Part shown: piece by piece, positions 1-11,304 of the stretch
How the letters are laid out: each line of letters begins with the position of its first letter
Position numbering within the stretch: position 1 is the first letter of the stretch
NCBI GenBank assembly: GCA_040954595.2
Contig: CM082597.2
Span: forward strand, 5,957,244 to 6,021,243
Length of the DNA: 64,000 nt
DNA from: Balanoglossus misakiensis
Lineage: Eukaryota; Animalia; Hemichordata
Direction: 5' to 3'
The notes under the pieces: model-generated
Databases searched by the model: none
Told to the model about the DNA's origin: nothing
The model's input: the letters and a program-made list of their open reading frames with translations, nothing else
Position numbers and translations under genes: made by a program

Positions 1-3000
1 TATGCCTGACACTGAACTCTTAATGTAGTCCCTGCTGAAATTCTCTTTCAGTATCATGAAAGAAAGCAAGTGCCTTGGCTCAAATTCTTCAACATCTTTT
101 GCCTTCTTTTCGAGTTCATCTAGTTTGCGGGCAAACCAACGCCTTTCATGATCTGTCAGAGCATGATCAAGAGTAACACTCTCAAACTGAGGCTGGATTT
201 CCTTTGAAACATGATCAGCAATATAGCTCTTACAATGGAGAAGAACACATAAGGGTTTGTTGCCACTGTTTGCTAAACCTTTCTTTATCCAAGCTTCTTC
301 GATCTTTCTTCGCAATGCGATGAAGACTGCCTCATCCAGCTTTTCCACTGCTGCAAGAACAGGTTTGCATTCTTGGCTGGGGTGTTCACTGTATGACCAC
401 AACCTCAAAATCTGATTGGCAGTATCTTTGGTTACTCGTTTAATAACACAGCATCTGTAGCTCTTTCTGAATTCCCACAGAATATACTTGGTCAGGGTTG
501 TTCCACCAGCACCAGGTTGATGATAGAGTAAAACTGTTGCGACTTTTTTCATTTCTTCTCTTGTTTCCGGGCTCAGAGCATCCTGAACATGTTTTTTCAA
601 TTCATCATGTTTTGCGCGCTTTAAAACATGACCAACAGCATTATCATTTGCCCAGAAATTCCACCAATCAACTGGATTACCACGGTAAAATGACAGCTCC
701 TTGTTTCCAAGAAAGTCAGCAGACTGACGATAATTCATGATTTTCATTTCTTCATCACACTCGTTTACACTCAGTATTTCCAAATCACTGAGCATATTCT
801 TATCTCTCTGTTTTAGAACAACATTCGCCCCAGTTGAGCTTGGGAGTGTACACTGGCCATCTCGAGGGACCCCTTTCATGTGAAGAATTGTTTCATTAAC
901 ATGACTGATGGGCATTCCCACAACACTCCTTTTCTGAAGGACGTCCATTGTGCATGACCGTCCGACTATTCCTTTGGCCCACCCATGGAAGTAATTTTCA
1001 TCATCAGCAATGCACATCAGTCGATCTGTTGTGAAGTAGGTTGAAAATTCACTGAAGACTTCCAACATTACCTCATAGTCTTGCGAAAGTATAAGAAATA
1101 CGACGATGGCACGGCCTTTTGGAATGACTTCAGCATTGCCAAAGAAACGAATTGCTTCCTTGACTCCTCTACTTCTGCTCGAGTCCATATTCCACTGTAC
1201 TCTGTCTAAAGTTTTGTGACCGATATCTGCTCGTCCATTGCAGAAGATCCAGCAAGTCTTCTCAGGGAAGCCAATTGCATCTCGATATGCACCAACATCT
1301 GATATGTTGAGATACATGTCCGGATCTTGAATGTGCGGTATCTTCTGCTCAGAGTACATCTGGCACACACCAGATGTCTGTGACTCTGCGTCAAAATCAA
1401 ACACTGCCACCCAATCTATTTCCCGAATGAACCTCATCTGCAACGGAAGGCTGTATTTTGACATCGGCCGGTTTACAACTAATATTGGATAGAAAGAAGA
1501 GTCCAGCTGTGTCTGACCAGTACACAGTAACCACGTTAACTTCTGGGCAAGATTGTCTCTCCGGACAGATGAAGGTGTGCTGGGTAAATGTTCAGAAACA
1601 GGCAATTCTGCTTGATTTCGCCTTTCTACAAGACCATTCAGATGCTTCTGAAAGTAGTCGTGCATATCTTCGGGTTTCATTTTAGAAGATGTGGACCCAG
1701 ACCTCCGGTATAGTGTCTCTTGTTCAAAATCAGTTTTCCTATATTTTAACTTTGGCGGTTCCTTGAGTAACTTGACACGGAAGACATTTGACCCACAATG
1801 AGCACCATGTGGTATGATGTCTACTTCAATCACGTACTTATGCTTTTTCATTCCATGCCTGAAAACTGGAACAAATCTTGGAGGGCGTACACACTTCCTT
1901 GCAATGTCAATATGCTCTTTTGTTTCGAAACACCTTTCAATATACTTGTTCAGTTCTTCTTCATATTCAGTTTTATCATCAACTTCAAATCCAATAATTT
2001 GTCCGTGTTTGTGGTGTCCTATTTTACTGTCGGCGATACCAAAATGTATAGTCCCGTTTGTTCTATCATTCATGCAGGCACTAGCAAAGCGAATGGTTTC
2101 ATTTATGAATTTCCACAGGCGTTCATGTTTAAGATACTTTGCATAGGTCGTAAATTGTTTGTATTCATGTGCTGGTTGAATCAAGTCTTTGACCCCTGTT
2201 TCGATCACCTCTAATACTCTCATATGAGAATAGGTGCAGTTTTCAACTTCGCTGTCAAATAACCTTGGACCCTGGTACAGAACATCAGTTGAAGGGGAAA
2301 CACTACCAGCAGTTTCTGACGCACCCCATCCGTTACTGTTAACTTCATTCTCGTTTAGAGCTGCTTCTGTTGAATTATCAACTTCTGAAGTATGTTCAGT
2401 CTTTCTAGCAGAAGACTCACTGCCAACATGTTTTACGTCTTTTGCCATAGGCTGAGTTTCGGATTGACTCTCACCCTGTAGGTTTGTACGGTCAGCTGTT
2501 TGCTCGTATGACGCTTCTGATGTGGTTTTCGGATTAACAGGCTCAGTCATTTCTCCATCAGCATTCTTATCTTTCAGGTTAGTGCTAGAGGAGTTAACAT
2601 CGGTACCCACTGGTGTGACTTGGTCTAGAATCACAGATGATTGGGAAACACTTTTCAATGGCCCAGTGTCAGGTAGCTCAACTTTGCTGGTATCCGGCTC
2701 AACCTGCTCTGTCACTTGAATGTTGGATGACTGGTTGGAGTCTTTTGCTTCTGTTACTTTATCGGAATCTCCACACTCTGATGGTGTACTTGACAGGGAT
2801 GGAGCGACAGGAGTGGGATGTTTTTCTTTCTTGAAATGTAACTTTAGATCACGAGAAGCCGGGTCGAAGGACGCTGCAAACTGGGAATGCTTATCGATGT
2901 GGAACAAAACGTTTTCACTCTTCTCGCTGTCAAGGTGGCAGAGATAACTGTGCTGTGAAGTGGTTAGCAAGCTGGTGTCCACCAACAGAACAAACAAGGA

Positions 3001-4493
3001 ATGCCTTGACATGATTCCCAGATCTTTCTGCATGAGAGGGCTTTGTGTGAGTGCTGTTTTTCGGAGCGAGATAAGCTGCTTGTCACACCGGCGTACAACC
3101 ATGGTTTGTGAACTTCGTGCAGTAAGATCAAACAGTCCCCGTTTATCCTGTGGCAGCATGCCGACCAAGTGCTTACTCTTGTTTTGCAGCTGCTTCCAGA
3201 GCAAGTCCATTTTTTCCTGTTGTAGTTCCTCTTGGGCTGTGAGTACCAGAAAACAAAACTGTTGCTCCAACAAATTTTGTGCTTTTCCCCATTTGCCATG
3301 TAGAACTCGGAGAACACACGTTTTGTACTGCGAAACATCTTTCTCTGATGTACCAGTACTTACTATATTAAGGGATGTCCTCTTAGTAAGTAGCTTGATG
3401 TACTGTTCGGCTAGTTTAGTCTTTCCTGATGGTTTTTTACTTTTTCCATTGATGTTCATTTTCGCGGAACTTGTATCTTGGGTGGTTTCAGGTATATTAG
3501 ACGGTTCATGCATTCTCGATGATACTTGCATGCTGTCTGATGTTTCTGCCGTTTCCGGGGAACTTGTACCTTGGGTGGTTTCAGGTATATTAGACGGTTC
3601 ATGCATTCTCGATGATACTTGCATGCTGTCTGATGTTTCTGCCGTTTCCGGGGAACTTGTACCTTGGGTGGTTTCAGGTATATTAGACGGTTCATGCATT
3701 CTCGATGATACTTGCATGCTGTCCGATGTTTCTGCCGTTTCCGGGGAACTTGTACCTTGGGTGGTTTCAGGTATATTAGACGGTTCATGCATTCTTGATG
3801 ATACTTGCATGCTGTCTGATGTTTCTGCCGTTTCCGGGGAACTTGTACCTTGGGTGGTTTCTGGTATATTAGACGGTTCGTGCATTCTCGATGATACTTG
3901 CATGCTGTCTGATGTTTCTGCCAAATCCTTCTCAATCTGAATTTCTTGCTCACCAACAGAAGCCGACTGGGAAACACGAAGAATACTTTGAACACAGTAC
4001 AGGATTTTCCGCATTGGTCCCTTGGGCAAATCAAACTGAAATTCACGAATCAGTTCCAGACCCTTTTCCGGAGTGAATTCCTTCAGCACCTGTCCGTCAA
4101 CTTCTTCACCTCTGAACATCTGGACGTACTTGTCATCAATGCGAATGGAGGTAAGCCAGCCTCCGACGTCGTTCACCGTCCATTGGTTGATATCGACTGG
4201 GAGCTGCGTCTTGTCTTCTCCAACGTTTTCAACATCTGCCGCAGAAGGCTCCAAACTTTGCACGTGTTGCAGGAGTTTAAACAGGGGTCCCTTCTTGAAG
4301 TGAAAGTCCAAACATAGATCCTCTTTCTTATATAGCATAAGAGTCTGGCCATCAACTTCTTCTTCGAAAAAAGCATCAATGTACTTCTTATTGAGATTCA
4401 CAACCTCTGAGGCCCACCTGCGGACATCTGCTCTGTCCCATTCCTTCACAGGCTTTCCAGCACTCTGTGCAGTACTTGCCTTGTCAAAATTAC
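1..4493 (-). CDS. SAMD9: SAMD9/SAMD9L-like protein, large coding exon 4 (2x SAM, repeat, AlbA_2 nuclease, SIR2-like region, STAND P-loop NTPase); 3' truncated by window edge
   Basis: Manual minus-strand translation. SAM1 KPVKEWDRADVRRWASEVV..FFEEEVDGQTL; SAM2 DINQWTVNDVGGWL..FRGEEVDGQVL; AlbA_2 IETG..LIQPAHEYKQF..FINETIRFASACMNDRTNGTIHFGIAD; FIREIDWVAVFDFDAES; TCWIFCNGR; Walker-A region LYHQPGAGGTTLTKYILWEFRK; SFMILKENFSRDYI. These match SAMD9-family motifs from memory. The frame was spot-checked as constant, and no ORF terminates in this frame in the track, consistent with no internal stop. Acceptor ttcag| at 4494-4496. Confidence 0.93.
3466..3922 (-). repeat. 93-bp coding minisatellite, ~5 copies (31-aa Ser/Thr/Glu-rich unit AETSDSMQVSSRMHEPSNIPETTQGTSSPET)
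   Basis: Near-identical 93-bp units directly visible, in frame within the SAMD9-like exon. Confidence 0.95.
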
Positions 4494-5160
4494 CTGAATC
4501 TATACAGAAAAAATCATCCGGATCATATTGTTAAAATCTCATTGTAGGACATTGCCCTGAAACCAAGTTAGAATGAAATATGTCTCAGGTATATCTGCAA
4601 AAAGGCTATGGACATAGACAATGATAACAAAATAACTGTCCGATGATCTATCGTTTAAAAAAGGTGTTCTATGGCCCTATAGAGTCCAATAGAAAAAAGG
4701 ACCAAAACTACATAGCTCTATAGCTGACATGAGAACTGAGATATCCCACTATAAACTTCTATTGAAATCTATATAATTCAATAAATAATGTTTTAAGGGA
4801 AATTTTGCGTTAAAAAATATGCCTCGCATTTCATATCACAATACATGTACTTCTTTGTGCAGTTATATTACAGCCTTGAAAAACTTGGCAACAGAAAAAG
4901 GCTATATCAGAATACTGCAGGAACACGCACACAGCAGGAGACAACTGTCAAATAAAGTCAAACTGTTTTGCGTTAAATTTTGCGGGTATGTTTTATATTA
5001 TAACCACTTAGCCGTCTAACTTTCAGAATTTTTAGTGGACGCAAAACAAAGAATTACTTACTTAGAACACAGAAAACTTTGTACAATGCCTGCCTTTCCC
5101 AACAGGATAGTAATAACTATCTTCAAAATATTTTAAAAGCCAAAACTGTGGGTTCCTTAC

Positions 5161-5263
5161 CTTTGTCGTCAGCTCCACCTTTAAGACCACTGTCCACTAT
5201 CTTCACATACAGGTTTGTGTCATTGCAGACTCCATTGTCTTCCAAAGTCAATGCCTCACACAG
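5161..5263 (-). CDS. SAMD9-like gene coding exon 3 (C-terminal half of ubiquitin-like domain, LCEALTLEDNGVCNDTNLYVKIVDSGLKGGADDK)
   Basis: Acceptor ttttaccaacag| and donor G|gtaagg; phase 0 in and phase 1 out, matching both neighbouring exons. Confidence 0.8.
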
Positions 5264-5769
5264 CTGTTGGTAAAAATGTAGAAAATATTTTTTTTTTAAA
5301 GTTGAACATGGAACATGTTTCACTGTAGCTTAAACCAGTTTGGGTAAGACTAATGAATGGGACTTGAGAAAATCATGAAAACAAAATGGCCATCTGGTAA
5401 CCATATTGGATTTTATGACAACACAATTTGACGTGCATACTTGTCACTTTGTCAGGGGAAATAGTCCTGATAGTATGAACAGAATTTGTTCAGGCACTGG
5501 ACATGCAAATATCTCAACAAAGTAGCCACCCACTGGAGATAACATATCATGAATTAACTTGACATGCATCTAATGTATACCTCAAAAGTTTGATTGAAAT
5601 TGGTCCAGGCATTGGCATTTCTGGATAATGCTCTGGATGGAGTGAGACACGGACAGATAATGGGCAGATAGACAGAGATAAGTCTCTGGGAACTAATAAA
5701 GTTCTCAGACCTGACATTGTAACATTGTGATTAAGAACACTGGCAAATATGTATGCATTCTACTCTTAC

Positions 5770-5932
5770 CTTAAACCCTTTTGCTGTTGACAGGTATATT
5801 CTTTGTGAAGTCAAACTGTTCTTCCGTTTGTATTGTTTAAGAATTCTTGACACAGAATCATCTGGATTAGCGCTGACCACTTGTGGCACTTTCGATGATG
5901 GGGAATGCATAAACAGCTGTAGCATATTTGGC
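5770..5932 (-). CDS. SAMD9-like gene coding exon 2 (N-terminal half of ubiquitin-like domain, PNMLQLFMHSPSSKVPQVVSANPDDSVSRILKQYKRKNSLTSQRIYLSTAKGFK)
   Basis: Acceptor tttattttcag| and donor AAG|gtaaga; phases 2/0 fit the flanking exons. Confidence 0.78.
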
Positions 5933-6077
5933 CTGAAAATAAACATTGTAACTCCATGTGACACATAGGAAAACCTATGAACTGGCTGATGTATTTCTTG
6001 TTTGAATATGAAACGTCAATGGTAGACATTCTGTTACCAGCCAAAAGATAATTGTTCCACATAAAAAAAATATTATA

Positions 6078-6286
6078 CCGTAAAACGGGTTATTTTCGTG
6101 ACAGGAAAATTTCGTGATATCAAGCGGCAACTGTTAGTCGACTCTATCGAGTATTAATTTTTGCGCTCTCTTATTTCTTTTACTGCATCATTATCGCCGA
6201 AAAACACGACTTTTTATTTTCATGTTTTTTGGGTTCTTGCGTATTTCGTGAAAATTTATTGCTCGCGAAAATAACCCGTTTTACAG
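6078..6286. mobile_element. MITE with TA target duplication (Tc1/mariner-pogo-like), intronic
   Basis: ta|ccgtaaaacgggttattttcg ... cgaaaataacccgttttacag|ta: ~21-bp TIRs flanked by TA. Confidence 0.75.
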
Positions 6287-6327
6287 TAGTAAACCAGTCA
6301 TTTCAATTGTTTGTTTGTTTTTCATAC

Positions 6328-6608
6328 CTTTTCTTCACTTTTGTTGGAGGCGTTGAAGAACAAGAAGTATGCTTTGGTGTCTTTATTTTCTCTTTTTCTT
6401 CAGTAACAGTACCGGTACATCGCTTACTGAGAGGAACACAAGCCCTATGTTTTCTCTTCCTTTTGGGAGACTTTGGCTTGTTCAATATCGGGAAGCTGTT
6501 GTGAGCAAGAACTTGCTGGTGTCTCTCTCTCAGCCTCTGCACACACCAGTCATGACGCTCTCCAGGATGCACTGGCATCTTTGTCATCACGAACTGCCCT
6601 GTTGCCAT
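6328..6608 (-). CDS. SAMD9-like gene putative first coding exon (basic, NLS-like: PKRKRKHR, KVKKR)
   Basis: Acceptor ttcttcctgtcag|, then ATG in good Kozak context (ACCATGG). Donor AG|gtatga, phase 2, matches the next exon. The four exons total 5040 nt = 1680 codons in window. Confidence 0.65.
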
Positions 6609-6667
6609 GGTTTTAGCCTGACAGGAAGAAAAAGCTAACAGTTAAACACCCAGTAGCCCAGAGCGTT

Positions 6668-7052
6668 GATTCTAGAATTCCAACACCCAGTGACAGTCTA
6701 GCAATGTCCTGCTGAGCTGAAAGATAGTAGCCCTGGCAACGATCAGGGTCGCTTAGTAACGAATGGATAATGAGTGATCTATCAAATGTTGACGGGCGCC
6801 AGTGGTTGGATGATATAATTAACAAAGCTTGGTTATGAATATTCATGTACCTTCAAAACCACTCCCACATCCCGTTGCGGGAATTTCACACATGACTCCA
6901 CCTCTATTTCCTTATTTAGAATGCGATGATGTCATTTGGTTTACATTGAGTGACCAATTAGCTTACACTCAAGATTTACCACCTGCGTCGTTCTATGCAC
7001 AGAATTCTGTGCGTAAATAGAGACTGTCACCAGGCGTTGGAATTCTAGAATC
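6668..7052. mobile_element. Inverted-repeat-bounded element (MITE-like, unclassified)
   Basis: gattctagaattccaacacccagtgacagtct (6668-6699) is an imperfect inverted copy of agactgtcaccaggcgttggaattctagaatc (7021-7052); TSD not resolved. Confidence 0.5.
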
Positions 7053-7206
7053 GTAGCCCTGGTCTCCAGGCTAGTTTTGAACCTCGAGCTTACTGAACTG
7101 AAAGGCAGCTATATGACTGTCACCAGGCGTTGGAATTCTAGAATCGTAGCCCTGGTCTCCGTGCTAGTTTTGAACCTCGAGCTTACTGAACTGAAAGGCA
7201 GCTATA
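7022..7206. repeat. Tandem duplication, 2 x 93 bp, spanning the right end of the preceding element
   Basis: gactgtcaccaggcg...aaaggcagctata at 7022 and 7115. Confidence 0.9.
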
Positions 7207-7656
7207 GCGGCTATATAGCCTTGACCGACATGTCGCGACTTGTATACATGTACAAAGGTCAAATGAGGTTAGGTACTCCACTGCACACTCTGTCGATGAA
7301 ATTATCGACGAAATCATGAATTATATGATGATCAGACACCTATGACACGCATTCCAAACTGTGTATGGTGACAGACAGGCAAATGTACACCTGCGTGGCA
7401 GGGATGTGTGTCTTACGGCGCGGCAGCACCGAAATATACACAGCCCTGCCACACACCGGCGCCACGCACACACAGCACAAATCATACACACCCACCTTGA
7501 AAAAGTTTACCTCCCACATCTTGAGAACGATCGTGTGTTACTGTCACCACAAATGCCGGCGTACGTCAGATAAGACCCTGCGTTTTTCCCGCGATCGTAA
7601 TTCTAGTCAGCTCATCAGCTTGCATCGTCGCCATCGCCCATTCTAGGAATTAATAA

Positions 7657-8543
7657 GGGCCTGGTCAGAATTAACAGGGGGGGGGGGGAGGCCGGTGCGA
7701 TTGGGGGGAGGGTCACCATTTCTCATGCAACGGTTTAGGGGAGGGCCGCTACATTTTGGGCACTTGTCAAGGGGAGGGTCACTAATTTTTGTGCAAGGAT
7801 GACACCGATAATGTCAAAAATTTGAAGTGTTACAGAGAAATCCTGAAAAGAGACTTGCGCTCATATAGGCACTCCTGTATGGATGTATTGACATCCCTTG
7901 TACTACAAAATACATCACACAACTCACAAAACATACACATGTACCAGTATGTGATCTTAAATCCCCTAACCCTAACCCTAACCCTAACCCTAACCCTAAC
8001 CCAAACCCTAACCATAACCCTAACCCTAATTTCTTAAGGGAAGGGGAGCACAGTACGATATTTTACCCACAATTCTCCATGATTTGTATCATCGAGGTTG
8101 TCCATTTGATAACTTTTTCTGTTTTAGATACTAACAATGATATGAAGTACATATAACTGTATTTATCTAGGAAAAGTATGTTGAGGAATAAGAGTGAAAA
8201 TTTCAAAATGAATATTTAAAAGCCATAGGAATCAAAGTATTCATGTACTGCAAATGTCACACTTTGGAGGAAACAAGCAAATAACTAACTGAGGTGTATT
8301 TAATAGTGGTCTACAATTTTCTGTACACATGTGAACTTTGCCTGGTTTGACTGAGTAATATCTGATTGTACAAATCAGAATGAATCATCGGATATTGTGG
8401 GGAGGGTCACTTGATTTTGTTCACGGAGAAGGGGGAGGGTCAGAATTTTTTGTGCAAGAAATCGGTGGAGGGTCAGTATTTTTCATGCATGCGGATTTTG
8501 AACAGCACCGGCCTTCCCCCCCAAGTTAATTCTGACCAGGCCC
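7657..8543. mobile_element. Non-autonomous PIF/Harbinger-type element
   Basis: taa|gggcctggtcagaattaac ... gttaattctgaccaggccc|taa: perfect 19-bp TIR extending imperfectly to ~40 bp, 3-bp TAA TSD, repeated subterminal ggagggtca motifs. Confidence 0.85.
7964..8029. repeat. Interstitial (CCCTAA)n telomere-like microsatellite, ~11 units
   Basis: ccctaa units with two variants (cccaaa, ccataa), inside the Harbinger element. Confidence 0.9.
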
Positions 8544-8559
8544 TAACGGAAGCCGCCTT

Positions 8560-8812
8560 GAAGTTTCGTTTTGACAGGATCATTTGGCTCTGTAGAGGGC
8601 GCTACAGGTGACGAAGGAACGCAGAAGTATTAGTATTCCACCCTGGGCTTATTGAGTCAAGGACTGTTATTAATAGGGCAAAGCCTCTCTTTTTTTCCAG
8701 GAATTCTCTTCAAGTTATGCACAGGGCCGCGGGTGTTCGACGTGCAGTGCGCCATTTTGTTAGCGTAGAAATTCTTCCATATCAAATGACGTCATGCGCG
8801 CTCAGGCGCAGT
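8560..8812. promoter_or_regulatory. Candidate cis-regulatory cluster between the divergent genes
   Basis: ISRE-like agtttcgtttt (~8562), AP-1 tgagtca (8653), STAT/GAS ttccaggaa (8695), YY1-like cgccatttt (~8750), CRE tgacgtca (8787); locally CpG-rich. Motif matches only. Confidence 0.3.
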
Positions 8813-10905
8813 CACATGTTGGAATTCATATTTCCAGATGACGGGCAACTTTAGCAATGTGGTCCAGACACAGACTGTGCTGACGAAACTCCATGAGGCA
8901 TCATACCTGATGCATGTTACGTGTCTGGTGGTTCTAAAGTTAAAACATGCTCGGAAAAACTTTTCCTGGGTCCCGAAATATTGCTTGCCCGTCACCTGGA
9001 AATGACAATACTGTGGGTCACATGGCCAGATCACGTAATTGATAGTAAAGAATCAGCTAGCTAAATACGAAAAACTACATTTGTATATGGTGAACAAACT
9101 ATTTTGAAACTTGGAGATTTTATGTGAATACACCAAGTTGATCTTAGCTCCGAACAATTCTTTGCTAGGCACATCGCTAATTTGCCTATGTGTGCGTGGT
9201 GGCCAGCCTGTTGATCACCTCCATCATTGAAAATAAACTGTCACTGCCGACAACAAAGCCCCAATATATTTGTATTTCTTTTTAATATCTAATCGTTTTC
9301 ATTTTCAACAAGAACGAATTTACAGACCCCGTCATTTTTGGAGTTCGAGATCCTTATGGTACAGACATCGAGGTATTAGCCACGTACAACTACATTTATC
9401 TCGCAAGAGGTTTATTGCTTGGTCAACGCTGACCGAAACATGAGCTCAGTCCCAAATTCGAAACTCACCTCGCTACCTGAAACACGCTTAAAGTAAGCAT
9501 GCACACAAAAAGTATTGAGATTATTTATAAAGGCAAAAAATCACCGCAAACACACAAAAAGTATTGAGATTCAAAATTCACCAAGCGACTCGTGGGCTAT
9601 TTACTGCTTGCCCTATCGCTATGAGATCACTGGCACCCATTACGCAATGTGCACGTGACGCGTCGTTCATCAGGAAAAACAATTAAGACATCCGGGGATC
9701 TTACATTTGTCATGTGACACGATTTGGCGGGGGAAATGTAACTGTCGATAATCGCCATTGTGTTTGTCCATTCACAAGAATCGTTTTTGAATAGCCCATT
9801 GAAAAGTTGTTAAAGACTTATGGTAGGTTACATTTCATTGTCATGTTAATCACGTGTTTGCTCAACAGTGTAGATTACACATGCGTCAACACATACTACG
9901 TCACTATGTGAACATTACTTACCAAGTTACCCCCCCCCCCCCCCGCTTACTGTTAGACTTGTATGTAATACCTCCATTCATTGTCACTCCATTGAATACA
10001 CACTTGCCTACAAACCACGCTCGTTTGTGTCAGTCAGGTTGTGCTCGCCATTCTGAACACAGGCGCTGAAGACGATCGCTTCGCGATGGGGGGGGGGGGG
10101 GCTGCAGTTCGCGATGGGGTGGGGGTGTTGAGTGCCTGTGATTCTGAATATGTATAGCTGTACGTACAGGGTAAGCTGTACATTAATAGGCTGTGTGTCT
10201 CATGGTGATGTTGGAGGGAATATCGCCAGATAATTTATTGTAAAGACACAGGCACCACGAACAGGGACATAGGAAGCAATTTATGTTAGGGGGAGAATGT
10301 AACCAATATTCTGGTGGTGAATGACTGGGCTCGAAATTAACAGTAGCCTTGGGGCTACCATTTTCCACAAATGTACATACGATACGATGCATTTATCGCA
10401 GTATCATTAGCCAGCTTCAGCTCTTCTACAGTGGCCGCATTTTTTTTTATTTCCTTGGTCTCTTGGGACGAAATGAAACCACAAATTGCGTCCTCTACTC
10501 TTATGAGTGCGTCTTTACCTAATTTCCATATCTTGACTAGGTTGGCCTTGAAAATGTAACCATTCAGTACATTAATAAAAATAATTGCAACATATTACTC
10601 AATCGCTGTGGTACTAAATTTTCCATGTTGGTCAAAATGACCACCAGTTTCCGCTTGACTAGAACAAAATTAGAATTGCCAGTGTCACGTGGACTGCATA
10701 TTATGGCGATATTTGTGGGCTACCAATCATGGATTTGGGGCTACCAAATTCGAGGCTTGAATGATCAATATGATATTTTGCATATGTGAATAAATTTAAA
10801 TATTTAGGTAACTTATGAATAAATTAACATTACAAGTCGATGATACACTGACAGAATAACATAAATTTTTAAATTGCCAACAGCTTCAGCTGCTCCTACG
10901 TTTAA

Positions 10906-11267
10906 AGGGGACAAAGTCTCTCTCTCTTTCTCTCTCTCTCTCTGCCCTTTTTCCATTAATTATGTTTGACACAAGACACTGTTTATGTTATTCTACATGT
11001 GGATATATAGTGAATCAACGTTCGACTCACACAACTTCTATCCTGCTAGTAGGATATGAGTGTACAAATCTCGCCAAAATGAATAAAAGGTAAACACCGA
11101 TAATTCATTTTTGCCAGTTTTTCACTCTCGTGTCTGCAAGTGGGATGGAAGTTGTGTGTGGTCGAACGTTGATTTACTATATATCCACATGTAGAATAAC
11201 ATAAACGGTGTCTTGTATCAAACATAATTAAATGTAAAAAGGCCAGCGAGAGAGAGACTTTGTCCCT
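10906..11267. mobile_element. Long-hairpin MITE with TTAA TSD (Kolobok-like), copy 1
   Basis: ttaa|aggggacaaagtctctctc ... gagagagactttgtccct|ttaa; arms complementary for >130 bp; AG...CT termini with TTAA. Confidence 0.8.
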
Positions 11268-11304
11268 TTAACTGTGTAAATTTAGATCCTTCTGTGATTC
11301 GAAT

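Noticed and set aside
498-4317. Plus-strand ORFs including 2960-3940 (326 aa)
   Set aside because: Antisense shadows of the SAMD9-like exon; no independent homology signal.
5330-5700. Degenerate repeat fragment (aaaatggcc..atattggattt, gacaga-like run)
   Set aside because: Resembles old interspersed-repeat debris, but ends and family cannot be defined from this window.
7964-8029. True telomere or chromosome fusion site
   Set aside because: Only ~66 bp, single orientation, internal to a TIR element.
9929-10126. Poly-C / poly-G tracts as an inverted element
   Set aside because: Only homopolymer complementarity; no TIR or TSD support.
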